From positions 59,867-123,866 of IMG/VR virus record IMGVR_UViG_3300011832_000001: DNA of 64,000 nucleotides; one strand, written 5' to 3'. This DNA comes from a virus. Its lineage: Duplodnaviria > Caudoviricetes. Made by a program: the position numbers and the translations under genes. Shown here piece by piece: positions 21,574 to 31,199 of this stretch (position 1 is its first letter; every line of letters begins with the position of its first letter). A model generated the notes under the pieces. The model saw only the letters and a list, made by a program, of their open reading frames with translations. It was not told the DNA's origin and did not search any database.

Positions 21574-21933
21574 TTATTGTAATTTCTTTAGCTTTTCATT
21601 ATGCTCTTTTACACGTTTTTCCATCTGATTATGATTTCTCAAAACCAAATTAATACGGTAAGGTAATTCTTTTAATTCACCATTGGGCATTCTTTTCACC
21701 TTAGGTGGAAGTAATCGCATTAAGAAAGTTCCTACAGGAGTGTGTATCTTGCTGTTAGGTTCTGCAATTTCTACAGCTTCTGCGAAAGTAAGTTTCATTG
21801 CTTTCATAATATCTCTACAAGTTTCTAAACTAAGATTGTAACCTAGTTTTCGCATTTCTTGTTGAAAGATTGCTGTAATATCATCTAAATAGACGGGCTT
21901 ACCTTTTTCATTAAAATCTTTCTCTTCCATCAA
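21574..21933 (-). CDS. HU/IHF-like DNA-binding protein (divergent)
   Basis: Two helices, then PVGTFLMRLLPPKVKRMPNGE arm pattern. Confidence 0.5.
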   Translation of the reverse strand: MMEEKDFNEKGKPVYLDDITAIFQQEMRKLGYNLSLETCRDIMKAMKLTFAEAVEIAEPNSKIHTPVGTFLMRLLPPKVKRMPNGELKELPYRINLVLRNHNQMEKRVKEHNEKLKKLQ

Positions 21934-21946
21934 ATTTCCCTCTCTA

Positions 21947-22999
21947 TCATTTTTTATCCTTAGCTAAACATTTAATACATTTGCTGTTGTATACATATCC
22001 CGAATCTTTTCTGTATCTAGAATAAAAGAAGATTTCATTTTCGGGTAACTCCTGCAAGCAAGACTTACAGGTTTTTTTATTTCTTCCCTCTAGGACATTA
22101 TCATGATACCAAATGCTATGCTTCTCATTTGCCATTCTAGCGATTCTGCTAGGAATATATTTATTGATTCGATAGTGAGCAATGTGCTGACTAGACAATC
22201 CTAGTTCTTCTTTGATATTATCATATGTGTATTCATAAAAGAATAAGTTGAGAGCTTCTTTATCTTCTTCCGACAACTCTGAAACTAAATCCTCAAACTC
22301 CCAAATTAAAAATTTCAATTGAGAATCTGTGTCATTTTCGCTTTGTTTTTTTAGTGCTCTGTAATTCTTTATAAAGTTAACCACATGAATAGGGTCTCTA
22401 AAATTGATTACATCATATAAGATGTCAGCCTGACTTTCACTAATCGCTTTAAATTGAATCGGCTTATCAAAAATTGTTTTAGCCAATTTCATTTCATACT
22501 TAATATCTTTTTTAATTCTTTTAACTTGAGCCAAATATATAAGCTCATCTTTACTTAAATCTCCATCTTCTTCTTGTTCTGTATATTCTTTGATGATGGT
22601 ATCTAAGTTTAAAATAGATAATTGATAAGAACCTAGAAATTCGTTTTCTAAAATTTCTTTTTGGGTGATTTCTGATTTCTTTCTAAAATTAACCTGCTTA
22701 ACATCTCTGAATCTCATAACGTATGTGTAAGCATCAATTGCATTACTTTCACCGCTACCATCTTCATCATATGCATGAGGAATATTTGTAATCTCACGCT
22801 TATTATTATTTATTGAAGCCTTTGATTTTAACTTAACTTCATCCTTAAACATTTCTTTCATGTCTTTGCTTGAAAGTAAATAATCAGAAATATATTCTAA
22901 ATACCTTTTATTAATATCATCCAAATTGAAATTTTCTTCGACATAACTAAGTCTATCATGATAATTTCTTATCGAATAGTCAAGATAAAACTTATCCAA
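21947..22999 (-). CDS. Putative phage transcription factor (sigma region 4-like HTH + C-terminal zinc ribbon)
   Basis: LSEEDKEALNLFFYEYTYDNIKEELGLS helix pattern; CKSC...CIKC. Confidence 0.5.
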   Translation of the reverse strand: MDKFYLDYSIRNYHDRLSYVEENFNLDDINKRYLEYISDYLLSSKDMKEMFKDEVKLKSKASINNNKREITNIPHAYDEDGSGESNAIDAYTYVMRFRDVKQVNFRKKSEITQKEILENEFLGSYQLSILNLDTIIKEYTEQEEDGDLSKDELIYLAQVKRIKKDIKYEMKLAKTIFDKPIQFKAISESQADILYDVINFRDPIHVVNFIKNYRALKKQSENDTDSQLKFLIWEFEDLVSELSEEDKEALNLFFYEYTYDNIKEELGLSSQHIAHYRINKYIPSRIARMANEKHSIWYHDNVLEGRNKKTCKSCLQELPENEIFFYSRYRKDSGYVYNSKCIKCLAKDKK

Positions 23000-23057
23000 A
23001 AATTCTTTCTCCTTCCCTAACCTGCTAATTATATTATACCATATACACAGCTATTTG

Positions 23058-23354
23058 TCAAGGGTTCGGGAAAAGTTTTTTCAATTCTTCGAAGTCTTTT
23101 ATGTCCAAGAGAAAGTCGATATAATCTGACTTTGCTTGTGCATGAATATCAGCTTTCTTTATCACATTCTGATATGTCGTAGCTAGTGTCTGCCACGAAC
23201 CACTACTAGTTCGAACTTTGAATGTAGCCATAGCCAATTCCTTCTTTGATGAATAGCCACAAAAGATTTTATCTCCGAATTTGAAGATATACCACTCTCC
23301 CAAAATAATATTCCTAGATTCCAATATAAGCTCTCCTCTCTTATTTATTCCCAA
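23058..23354 (-). CDS. Hypothetical protein (IDEAL-like C-terminus)
   Basis: YIDFLLDIKDFEELKKL tail; start probably internal. Confidence 0.45.
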   Translation of the reverse strand: MGINKRGELILESRNIILGEWYIFKFGDKIFCGYSSKKELAMATFKVRTSSGSWQTLATTYQNVIKKADIHAQAKSDYIDFLLDIKDFEELKKLFPNP

Positions 23355-23386
23355 AAGGGTACAATATTCTAAAATTTTTTCAAATA

Positions 23387-24361
23387 TCAGCTATTTTGTT
23401 TAAGGAGAGCTAGAATTTTATGTTTTTCACTTTCGTTAAGACTCATAATTGTATTCACAATGTCATCTTTTTCAAACTGATTGAAGTCAGAAGCTTCGAC
23501 CTTGCCACTAGAGATTAATGTCATCCCTACTGTTTTTGAGTCATCTTTCCCTTTGAGATAATGATTCAAAGTAGTGGATGCAGAAGCATGGTTTGCGAAC
23601 ATTTGAGCAGTTTTTAAATCTGATTTATTCATGACCTCATTGATTGCCAACTTTCGAATTGAGTGTAAGCTATACTTAACCCCAACTTTCTTTTCGAATT
23701 TCTTAAACAAATCGGTAATATCATTTGGTCTAACTGCTAAAGGCTTATCTCGCTTAGATGACTTGATAAACTTGTATGAGTTTTCTGTAATTTGACGAAT
23801 GACTTTAACAGAACCTTTTTCTGTAGACTCAGCAAAGTAGTTACCATCCTCTTCATAAACATCTTCTGATGTTAAGCTATATAAAGCACTCTTACGAAAA
23901 CCTGTGAACAATGCTGTTTCAAACAACATTTTAATCTCAATCTTATTTGCAAAATCAAAAGCTTGATGATAATGCTCTAAGCTCATAACTTCATGCTGTT
24001 CTTCATCAGAGTTCTTTTGAGTTCTGACACCACCAACAATATCATTAATAGCATAACCGTTGGCTCGTAAGAAGCTAAAGTAAGAGTTTAAAGATTGCAT
24101 TTTACGATTAACTGTGTTAGACTTTAGACCACTCTTAATCATGTCGCTTTGAAGTCGAACAATATCAGAAAGCTTTAAGCTCTGTAATTCTTTTACTTCT
24201 ACAAAGAGCATATCTTTTCCGAACAAGTGATTTGCGATTTGATTACAATCTGTCTTATAAGCCTTTTGTGTAGATGGTGAGTTTACGCCTGAGTTCATGC
24301 AGAATTCAGTAAAAAAGTTATTGTCCTTCTTTTTCATTGTGAAGATTTTTTGTTCAGCCAT
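23387..24361 (-). CDS. Tyrosine recombinase/integrase
   Basis: TGFRKSAL (R), LHSIRK (HxxR), NHAS (H), TTLNHYL (Y). Confidence 0.92.
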   Translation of the reverse strand: MAEQKIFTMKKKDNNFFTEFCMNSGVNSPSTQKAYKTDCNQIANHLFGKDMLFVEVKELQSLKLSDIVRLQSDMIKSGLKSNTVNRKMQSLNSYFSFLRANGYAINDIVGGVRTQKNSDEEQHEVMSLEHYHQAFDFANKIEIKMLFETALFTGFRKSALYSLTSEDVYEEDGNYFAESTEKGSVKVIRQITENSYKFIKSSKRDKPLAVRPNDITDLFKKFEKKVGVKYSLHSIRKLAINEVMNKSDLKTAQMFANHASASTTLNHYLKGKDDSKTVGMTLISSGKVEASDFNQFEKDDIVNTIMSLNESEKHKILALLKQNS

Positions 24362-24482
24362 TGAGAAACATCTCCTTAGTAATTATTTTATATGTTACTT
24401 ATATTATAGCATATGGTTAGTAAAATGTCAATAGATATACTGAAAATTTATTCTTGACATATTGTTATTATCATGTTATAAT

Positions 24483-24652
24483 TAAAGCGAGGAACGAGCT
24501 TTATATATATAAATACTTATTAAATAATAATTATTATTTTATAACTAAGTAATAATAAATTATGAGTTTACGAATAATTTATTATTACGTTAAGTATTAA
24601 TTACGAATGTAATGAGTAATTAATACTTAGTAAATTAACGAAGTTAATTTAC
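24483..24652. repeat. Four adjacent AT-rich inverted repeats with GA..GA or CGAAG loops
   Basis: 24483-24503, 24549-24588, 24591-24629 and 24630-24652, in the divergent promoter region. Confidence 0.8.
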
Positions 24653-24760
24653 CTTACTACTATATACAATATTATATAATGGAGATTGAATTTTAACTGT
24701 TGACTTTAGATATAATCCATGATATACTTATTATAGAAATTGAGAAATGGAGATGATTAA

Positions 24761-26764
24761 ATGTTAAACAAAGAACAGAAAGCTTTTGTAGAACACAAAG
24801 AAGAACACTTGATGGTTATTGGTTCAGCAGGTTCAGGAAAGACACATTCAACTATTCAACGTGTACGTTATTTGGTTGAAGAAAAGGGAGTTGACCCTGA
24901 AAAGATTTTGCTTTCTAGCTTTACGAATACAGGCGTTAATGAAATGAAGGAGCGAATCGTTGATGCAATCGGTCTTGATGGTGAGTTGGTAGAAATGTCT
25001 ACTTTACACTCATGGGGCTATCGAATGATTAAGAAATACTATTCAACTAACTCAGTTGGTGGAGAAAAGTACATTAACGGACGAATCCTATTCGACTTTG
25101 CATTGTTTATGCATTATAACACAATCTTTAAGCAACTACCAAAAGAAAAGCAGGAAGATTATAATGTTCAGTTGTTTATGAATCGAATCGCTAGCTTAAA
25201 GAAATTGGGAGTAACCCCTGAGATGTACGAGAATCAATTACGTGTTCGTAATAATGATGACTCTGAAACATCTGTGTTGGCTTCTGCTTTCTTAGATGAA
25301 GATGAATTAGCTGAAATTGAATACTATAATGAATTGGCTAACGACTTTGAACAAGATGTTCTTTGGTTTTATCAGCAATCAGAAGAAAAACATAAAGAAG
25401 ATGCCACTTGTGATGCTAATGATTTGATTATGGAAGCTTACTATATCATCAATAAATCTAAGAACTTCCGTGATTGGGTCTGCAATCGATATGACCATAT
25501 CATGATTGATGAAGCTCAAGATACAAGTAAACTAGTTCACGATATTCTAGCTCTTTTAAAAGACCGTGTAACTATCACTTTGATTGGTGATGCAAAGCAA
25601 TCTATCTATGGATTCTCGATGGCTGTAGCTAAACTATTCTTATCATTCGAGAAAGAGTTTAACGCTAGTGTTGTTGCATTGAAGCGCAACTATCGCTCTA
25701 ATCCTGAGATTGTAGAAAACGCAAACAAAATCTCAGATATGATGACATTTACATCATTAGACCGAGATTCGATGATTCCTGAGAAAAAAGGAGATTCTAA
25801 GATTACTGTCAATGTATTTAATGACCTGTTCCAAGAATCAAATAGTATTGCAGAAGAGCTACTACAACGGCATCTAGCAGGAGAAGACTTGTCTGATACA
25901 TTTATTCTTCATCGAACAAATGCTCAAGTTCTTATGATTGAACAAGCTTTATTTAATCGCAATGTTCCTTATGTTAACCTTTCTAAAATGACTGTACTAG
26001 ATAATAAAATCATTGCAGGAATTGTCGGTTGGTTGCGAGTTCTTGAAGATAAGACTGATAATAAAGCTATGGAGATGTGCTACAACTTCCCTAACCGTTT
26101 CTTAGGTAAGGATTTCCTAAAACGTGCTAAAGAAGCTAAGAAAACAACATTGTTGGAATCTCTCTTCGAGCATAAATTCTACACTAAACCATATGAGTAT
26201 CGTGCTTGTCAGGACATCAAAGTTGTCTATTCTAAACTTCGTGATATGTATCAAGAAGGTAAGATTATGGACATCATCGACTACCTTTATGATGAAGGTT
26301 TGAAAAAGGAAAAAGCAGTTGTCAAAATTGATGGAAATGAAACTTTAGTTAACGACTCTCCTGAATCTTTCGGAGAAGAGAACGTAGCAATGTTGAAACA
26401 GACAATTGAAAAGAATGGTTTGAAGAACTTTATTGAGTTCACAAAAAATGTTCGTAAGAAAGATGGAGAAGGTGTTGTTCTTCGTACCGTTCACTCTTCT
26501 AAGGGATTGGAAGCGGATAATGTATACATCGTAGGACTTAACGATAACAAATTCCCTCATCGTGGCATGATGGATGCTCGTGAGACTCCTATGGAATATG
26601 CTCACTTGTTCGGTGCTCCGATTGAAGAAGAGTTAAACTTATTCTATGTTGCTGTAACACGAGCCAAAAAGAACCTCTATATGAGTGTTCCTATTATTGA
26701 CGAAAAGGGACATGAACATCCGCCATCTGTGTTCATCCGTAAATTATTTGGAGAGGATAAATAA
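24761..26764 (+). CDS. UvrD/PcrA-family SF1 helicase
   Basis: GSAGSGKT, IDEAQD, GDAKQSIYGF, NYRS, TVHSSKGLE, YVAVTRAK. Confidence 0.95.
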   Translation: MLNKEQKAFVEHKEEHLMVIGSAGSGKTHSTIQRVRYLVEEKGVDPEKILLSSFTNTGVNEMKERIVDAIGLDGELVEMSTLHSWGYRMIKKYYSTNSVGGEKYINGRILFDFALFMHYNTIFKQLPKEKQEDYNVQLFMNRIASLKKLGVTPEMYENQLRVRNNDDSETSVLASAFLDEDELAEIEYYNELANDFEQDVLWFYQQSEEKHKEDATCDANDLIMEAYYIINKSKNFRDWVCNRYDHIMIDEAQDTSKLVHDILALLKDRVTITLIGDAKQSIYGFSMAVAKLFLSFEKEFNASVVALKRNYRSNPEIVENANKISDMMTFTSLDRDSMIPEKKGDSKITVNVFNDLFQESNSIAEELLQRHLAGEDLSDTFILHRTNAQVLMIEQALFNRNVPYVNLSKMTVLDNKIIAGIVGWLRVLEDKTDNKAMEMCYNFPNRFLGKDFLKRAKEAKKTTLLESLFEHKFYTKPYEYRACQDIKVVYSKLRDMYQEGKIMDIIDYLYDEGLKKEKAVVKIDGNETLVNDSPESFGEENVAMLKQTIEKNGLKNFIEFTKNVRKKDGEGVVLRTVHSSKGLEADNVYIVGLNDNKFPHRGMMDARETPMEYAHLFGAPIEEELNLFYVAVTRAKKNLYMSVPIIDEKGHEHPPSVFIRKLFGEDK

Positions 26765-26765
26765 T

Positions 26766-27215
26766 ATGAATTTAAAGAATGTTGAGGAAGAGTCTATTCT
26801 CTTCCTTTTTACCAATAGTAGAAAAGATATGAATTTTGATAGTTACTCTAGTCTTATTATGAAGTATAATTATCGTGATGTTTATAATTCTATAAATTTT
26901 AAGATTGAAATTGATAATGCATATATTGTCAATGAACCATTAGAAGGTAAGAAAATTATACTAGGTGTCGATTCGGGTTATGCTATGTTTGCATTTGATT
27001 TATATGACCAATTAAAATCACATGGAATACAAAGTATTTTAATTCCTGTTTTAAGTGAAGATTATTTTGAAGATGATGAATCTAAAAAGGGCATCAAGGA
27101 AATTAGATTGGTTCTAGAACATATAAAAAAAATCTTGACAATCCTATCAGAGCATGATAAAATTAACTTAGAAATAAAAATAAAAGAAGTTGAAAAGGAG
27201 AATGAAAATGAATGA
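26766..27215 (+). CDS. Hypothetical protein
   Basis: Start reassigned to MNLKNV after GAGG. Confidence 0.55.
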   Translation: MNLKNVEEESILFLFTNSRKDMNFDSYSSLIMKYNYRDVYNSINFKIEIDNAYIVNEPLEGKKIILGVDSGYAMFAFDLYDQLKSHGIQSILIPVLSEDYFEDDESKKGIKEIRLVLEHIKKILTILSEHDKINLEIKIKEVEKENENE

Positions 27216-27522
27216 TTTTGCTAAAAAGATTTTAATTCGACAGATTAATCGCTATCACAAAAAACAAGCTATCCTAGAAAGACAGACAGAACGTAGCTAC
27301 AAGGCATTAGGAACTGTTGAAAAATTTGATAAGTCACAAATGCTAGGCTACATTATTTCAATAATTCTCACATCTTTGTTTATGTTCGGATTTATGGCTC
27401 TAGGATTATATGTTCTAATTGCCGTATACAATGCTCTAGGAATTTGGTTTGTTTTAGGAGCTATGTTCGCATTTGGATGGATTAAAGAAGCAGTATACTT
27501 CTTTGGGCATATGATGAATTGA
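27208..27522 (+). CDS. Membrane protein
   Basis: Two hydrophobic segments; AGGAG RBS. Confidence 0.65.
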   Translation: MNDFAKKILIRQINRYHKKQAILERQTERSYKALGTVEKFDKSQMLGYIISIILTSLFMFGFMALGLYVLIAVYNALGIWFVLGAMFAFGWIKEAVYFFGHMMN

Positions 27523-27577
27523 TAAAATTTTAATATTTTTACCTATTTTGGGAATAAAATAAGAGGAGATAATAATT

Positions 27578-27778
27578 ATGAAAAAGAAAATGATTTTAGG
27601 TTCTGTAATGGGATTGGCAATTTTTGCACTTGCAGGTTGTGGTCAAGATTTAGATTTGAATTTCGAAGGTGAAAACATGGATGTAGAACGTGTTAATGAA
27701 ATCATTGAAGACCGTCTTGAACTTGAGAATGAAGGTATTGATTTGGAAGTTCACATTGTAGAGGAATTTGAAGAATGA
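27578..27778 (+). CDS. Small lipoprotein
   Basis: Signal peptide with LAGC lipobox; acidic mature part. Confidence 0.75.
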   Translation: MKKKMILGSVMGLAIFALAGCGQDLDLNFEGENMDVERVNEIIEDRLELENEGIDLEVHIVEEFEE

Positions 27779-27984
27779 TTCAACCTCTATTTGATAAAAA
27801 TCAGATTTTCATGAATATTTATAAAAGAGAAAAATTGCTATATGGTTTAGAGGGTGAGAAGAATTTTGAACAAAATAAAAACCATATAAGCATTGAATTC
27901 TCATATCTATGTAGTGCTCTTGGAGTTAATTATCAAGAATTTATGGATGAATACAATAATTTTAAAAAAAGTGTTGACATTTGA
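27775..27984 (+). CDS. Hypothetical protein
   Basis: ATGA overlap. Confidence 0.55.
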   Translation: MIQPLFDKNQIFMNIYKREKLLYGLEGEKNFEQNKNHISIEFSYLCSALGVNYQEFMDEYNNFKKSVDI

Positions 27985-28002
27985 TTGATTATATGATATA
28001 AT
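27974..28002 (+). promoter_or_regulatory. SigA-type promoter for Y-like RNA 1 and the vWA gene
   Basis: TTGACA-N17-TATAAT with extended TG. Confidence 0.85.
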
Positions 28003-28020
28003 ATTATTATAAGGTCGAAA

Positions 28021-28081
28021 AAGGCACAAACAGCAAATTTATAGACTCAACTTTTAATTGAATATCTAGAAATGTGCCTTG
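28021..28081 (+). ncRNA. Y-like (ACAGCAA-bulge) RNA copy 1, in leader of the Ro60-like gene
   Basis: AAGGCACA/TGTGCCTT stem, AACAGCAA bulge, inner hairpin TCAA-CTTTTAA-TTGA. Confidence 0.75.
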
Positions 28082-28134
28082 TTTCTATCTTTTGATTCTG
28101 AGGAAAATAAGGATTTAAAAGGAGAAGATTAATT

Positions 28135-29628
28135 ATGTTAAATGAAATGAAAAATGAATTCAACAAAGCTCGTACTACAAACGGAGACCATCAATTCACA
28201 TCGTCACTAGATGGTGTACTTGACCTATTCGCTAAAGGTGGAGCTATGCGTAAACGTCCTGAGAATGAACTTACTCAATTGTTCTCAAAAGCACTTTCAG
28301 AAGATGCTGAATTAACATTGAAAGTTCTATTTTATTTGAGGGATTGTCGTGGAGGAATGGGAGAGAAGCGTATCTTCCGTGAGTCAATGAAACACTTGGC
28401 TGTCCATGATACCGATGCATTTGTTAAAGTTTTAAAACACGTTCCTGAATTTGGTTCATGGAAAGATGTTGTCGAGCTTTTGGATGTCAATTCTAAGAAA
28501 GCAAAAACAGCAATCCTTGATTTGATTCACGAACAGATTTCTAAAGATGTTGTTGCATTTAAAGATGGTAAGAAAGATATTTCTCTAATTGCGAAATGGC
28601 TACCTTCTGAAAATGCATCTTCAAAAAACACTAAGTTCAAAGCTGTTGCAATTCGTAAACACTTAGGCGTAACTTCTAAACGCTACCGTAAGATTCTTTC
28701 TGCTTTACGCAAAGAGATTGGTATCGTTGAGTCTAAGATGTCTGCGAAACAGTTTGGAGGAATCGATTACTCAAAAGTACCTACTCAGGCTAACTTGAAG
28801 TATCGTGAAGCTTTCAAACGTAATGACGGAGAACGTTACTCTGATTTCTTAGATTCTGTTGTAAAAGGCGATTCTAAGATTAATGCAGGTACTCTTGCTC
28901 CTCATCAGATTGTAGAAAAAGTAATGGGTAATGGATATTACTTCCGCAGTAACCTTTCAGATGTTGATGTTAAGTTCCTTGATGAGATGTGGAAAGCTCA
29001 AACAGACCACATTGGAGACAATGTTTCTAATGCTTTGGTAATGGCTGATGTTTCAGGTTCTATGTCAGGAACACCAATGCACGTTTCTATTGGTTTAGGA
29101 ATGTACATTGCTGAACGCAACAAAGGTAAATTCCATAATCACTTCATGACTTTCTCATCTGACCCTTCACTAGTTGAAGTTAAAGGTAAGAATGTTGTTG
29201 ATAAGATTAAGAATATGTCTCAAGCTGATTGGGGAATGTCAACCAACCTTGATAAAGCAATGAAGAAAATTCTTTCAATTGCAGTTAAGGGGAATCTTCC
29301 ACAAGAAGAACTTCCAACTCAATTGATTGTAATCTCTGATATGCAATTCGATGAAGCTGTCTCTAGCGGTTGGCACTCAGAAGGTAAGTCTGTAACTCAA
29401 GAAACAATTGATAGCTTCCGTGAAGCAGGATATAAAGCTCCTGACATCGTATTTTGGAATGTAAATGCAACTACGTTGCCTGTTACAAAGAACGATAAAG
29501 GTGTAGCTCTAGTATCAGGTTTCCAACCTGCCGTAATGAAACAGATTATGAATGCAGGTGAGTTAGACCCAATCGGTCTGATGATGGATGTTATCGGTCA
29601 AGAACGTTACTCAGTGATTAAACTTTAA
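28135..29628 (+). CDS. Ro60/TROVE-like helical domain + vWA protein (DUF2828 type)
   Basis: FYLRDCRGGMGEK, FGSWKD, AKWLPSE helical region; MIDAS ADVSGSM, WGMSTNL, ISDMQFD, FWNVN, VSGF. Confidence 0.85.
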   Translation: MLNEMKNEFNKARTTNGDHQFTSSLDGVLDLFAKGGAMRKRPENELTQLFSKALSEDAELTLKVLFYLRDCRGGMGEKRIFRESMKHLAVHDTDAFVKVLKHVPEFGSWKDVVELLDVNSKKAKTAILDLIHEQISKDVVAFKDGKKDISLIAKWLPSENASSKNTKFKAVAIRKHLGVTSKRYRKILSALRKEIGIVESKMSAKQFGGIDYSKVPTQANLKYREAFKRNDGERYSDFLDSVVKGDSKINAGTLAPHQIVEKVMGNGYYFRSNLSDVDVKFLDEMWKAQTDHIGDNVSNALVMADVSGSMSGTPMHVSIGLGMYIAERNKGKFHNHFMTFSSDPSLVEVKGKNVVDKIKNMSQADWGMSTNLDKAMKKILSIAVKGNLPQEELPTQLIVISDMQFDEAVSSGWHSEGKSVTQETIDSFREAGYKAPDIVFWNVNATTLPVTKNDKGVALVSGFQPAVMKQIMNAGELDPIGLMMDVIGQERYSVIKL

Positions 29629-29676
29629 TGGTTGGAGGGGATTGCCCCTCTACCATTTTTAAAGGAGATGTTGACT

Positions 29677-30090
29677 ATGAAAGACGAAGTATTAATTGAA
29701 ATTCTAGAAGAAAAAAGAGAAGAAATTTTTCAAGTTTTAAGTTCTTTGAAAGATGACATGAAAGAAATAGAAAACAACATTGAATTAAACAAACTTAATT
29801 TAAGTCAAAAAGAAACTTCAATGAAAGAAGCATATAAAAAAATTTTTGAATTGGATGAAGAAATCAAAAATTTAAAAATTAAAACAGGAGATAAGCGATA
29901 TACAAAGATTTTCTCAGAAAGTGGAACGTATAAAGCCACTTTGAATAAAGGTGAAGTGGTTAGTCCACTAGAGGATGTATCGACTATTAATGTCAATAGT
30001 ATTAAAAAGAAAGATAAAATTGAAGACAATCTTGAGGAATTTTTAAATTTGTTATCAGAAGAGATAAAAAAATTCTTGACAAATAAATAA
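29677..30090 (+). CDS. Hypothetical coiled-coil protein
   Basis: Start reassigned after AGGAG. Confidence 0.55.
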   Translation: MKDEVLIEILEEKREEIFQVLSSLKDDMKEIENNIELNKLNLSQKETSMKEAYKKIFELDEEIKNLKIKTGDKRYTKIFSESGTYKATLNKGEVVSPLEDVSTINVNSIKKKDKIEDNLEEFLNLLSEEIKKFLTNK

Positions 30091-30104
30091 ATATATGGTA
30101 TAAT
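30076..30104 (+). promoter_or_regulatory. SigA-type promoter of the tRNA cluster
   Basis: TTGACA-N17-TATAAT; equivalents at 31638, 32150, 33226 and 34430. Confidence 0.85.
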
Positions 30105-30162
30105 ATATATACAGTACCCAATCCGCCTCTTAACAATGTGCTCTAGATTGGGTCTTAATTAA

Positions 30163-30237
30163 CTGAACGTAGGCTAATGGTAAGTCGCTTGATTTGGGTT
30201 CAAGAGAGTGAGAGTTCGATTCTCTCCGTTCAGACCA
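30163..30237 (+). tRNA. tRNA-Pro(UGG)
   Basis: Cloverleaf, loop TTTGGGT, encoded CCA. Confidence 0.9.
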
Positions 30238-30238
30238 T

Positions 30239-30315
30239 AGGGATGTGGGCAAATTGGTATAGCCGTCTGCCTTTGAAGCAGAAGTTTTTTGAAGGTTCGA
30301 ACCCTTCCATCCCTG
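30239..30315 (+). tRNA. tRNA-Gln(UUG)
   Basis: Cloverleaf, loop CTTTGAA, no encoded CCA. Confidence 0.85.
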
Positions 30316-30323
30316 CTTATCGT

Positions 30324-30398
30324 GGTGGCTATGACGTAATGGTAACGTGACGTTCTGTGAAAGCGTATATTCGGGGTCAGTACCCGATAGCCACACCA
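30324..30398 (+). tRNA. tRNA-His(GUG)
   Basis: Loop CTGTGAA; G-1 opposite A73; atypical T loop. Confidence 0.8.
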
Positions 30399-30399
30399 A

Positions 30400-30471
30400 G
30401 CCTTATTAGTTTAATTGGTAAAACAGGAAACTTGTAATTTTCAGAAGGCGGTTCGAAACCGTCATAAGGCA
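30400..30471 (+). tRNA. tRNA-Thr(UGU)
   Basis: Cloverleaf, loop CTTGTAA. Confidence 0.88.
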
Positions 30472-30517
30472 TTTTATAGAAAAAATAAGAAAGGTTAGGT
30501 GATGACTTATTTCTAAA

Positions 30518-31093
30518 ATGACTAGAAGTGAAGCAGGCAAATTAGGTTCTTTGAAATCGACTCAAAACTTCCTTAATAGGTATAATCAAAATCCTTCTTA
30601 TTGTGAAGAATGTAATGAGAAGCTTGATTATAAAAAAAGAAATAATCAATTTTGTAGCAGAAAATGTTTTCATAAAAATCGTTCAAACAAAGAAAATTTA
30701 AAACATTTAGAATGCCTAAATTGTAAATCAAATATTCTAGGGAAAAATAGACATAGAAGACTTTATTGTTCTCAATCATGTTTTTTTGAACATGACTTAA
30801 AAAAAGATGTTGAAAAATTTCTTAATGATGAAGTTGATTTTGGGATAAAAAGAATAAAAAGTGTTTTAATTAGCATACATGGTAACACCTGTTCTTCTTG
30901 TGGTAATACTGAGTGGATGGATAATCCAATACCTTTGGAATTACATCATATAGATGGAGATGCGAATAATAACAGCAGAGATAATGTTGTTCATTTATGC
31001 CCTAACTGTCATGCATTGACAGATAACTACAAAAATAAAAACAAAGAATCAACTAGGAAGTATAGAAAAAAATATTATCAACCCGCAACATGA
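30518..31093 (+). CDS. HNH endonuclease (free-standing)
   Basis: FCSRKC/YCSQSC repeats; LELHHIDGDANNN...LCPNCHA. Confidence 0.9.
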   Translation: MTRSEAGKLGSLKSTQNFLNRYNQNPSYCEECNEKLDYKKRNNQFCSRKCFHKNRSNKENLKHLECLNCKSNILGKNRHRRLYCSQSCFFEHDLKKDVEKFLNDEVDFGIKRIKSVLISIHGNTCSSCGNTEWMDNPIPLELHHIDGDANNNSRDNVVHLCPNCHALTDNYKNKNKESTRKYRKKYYQPAT

Positions 31094-31101
31094 TTTATTA
31101 T

Positions 31102-31175
31102 GGCTATGTAGTTCAGTGGTAAGACGAGTGGTTGCAACCCACTAGACCTCAGTTCGATTCTGAGCATAGCTTCCA
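31102..31175 (+). tRNA. tRNA-Cys(GCA)
   Basis: Cloverleaf, loop TTGCAAC, U73-CCA. Confidence 0.9.
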
Positions 31176-31199
31176 TTTTATTTTAAGGAGGATATTCAC

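Noticed and set aside
23387-24760. attP site or prophage boundary next to the tyrosine recombinase
   Set aside because: No host genes or recognisable att core in the window; lifestyle cannot be determined
15924-26764. Inteins in terminase or helicase
   Set aside because: Lengths are normal and no intein terminal motifs or LAGLIDADG blocks were seen
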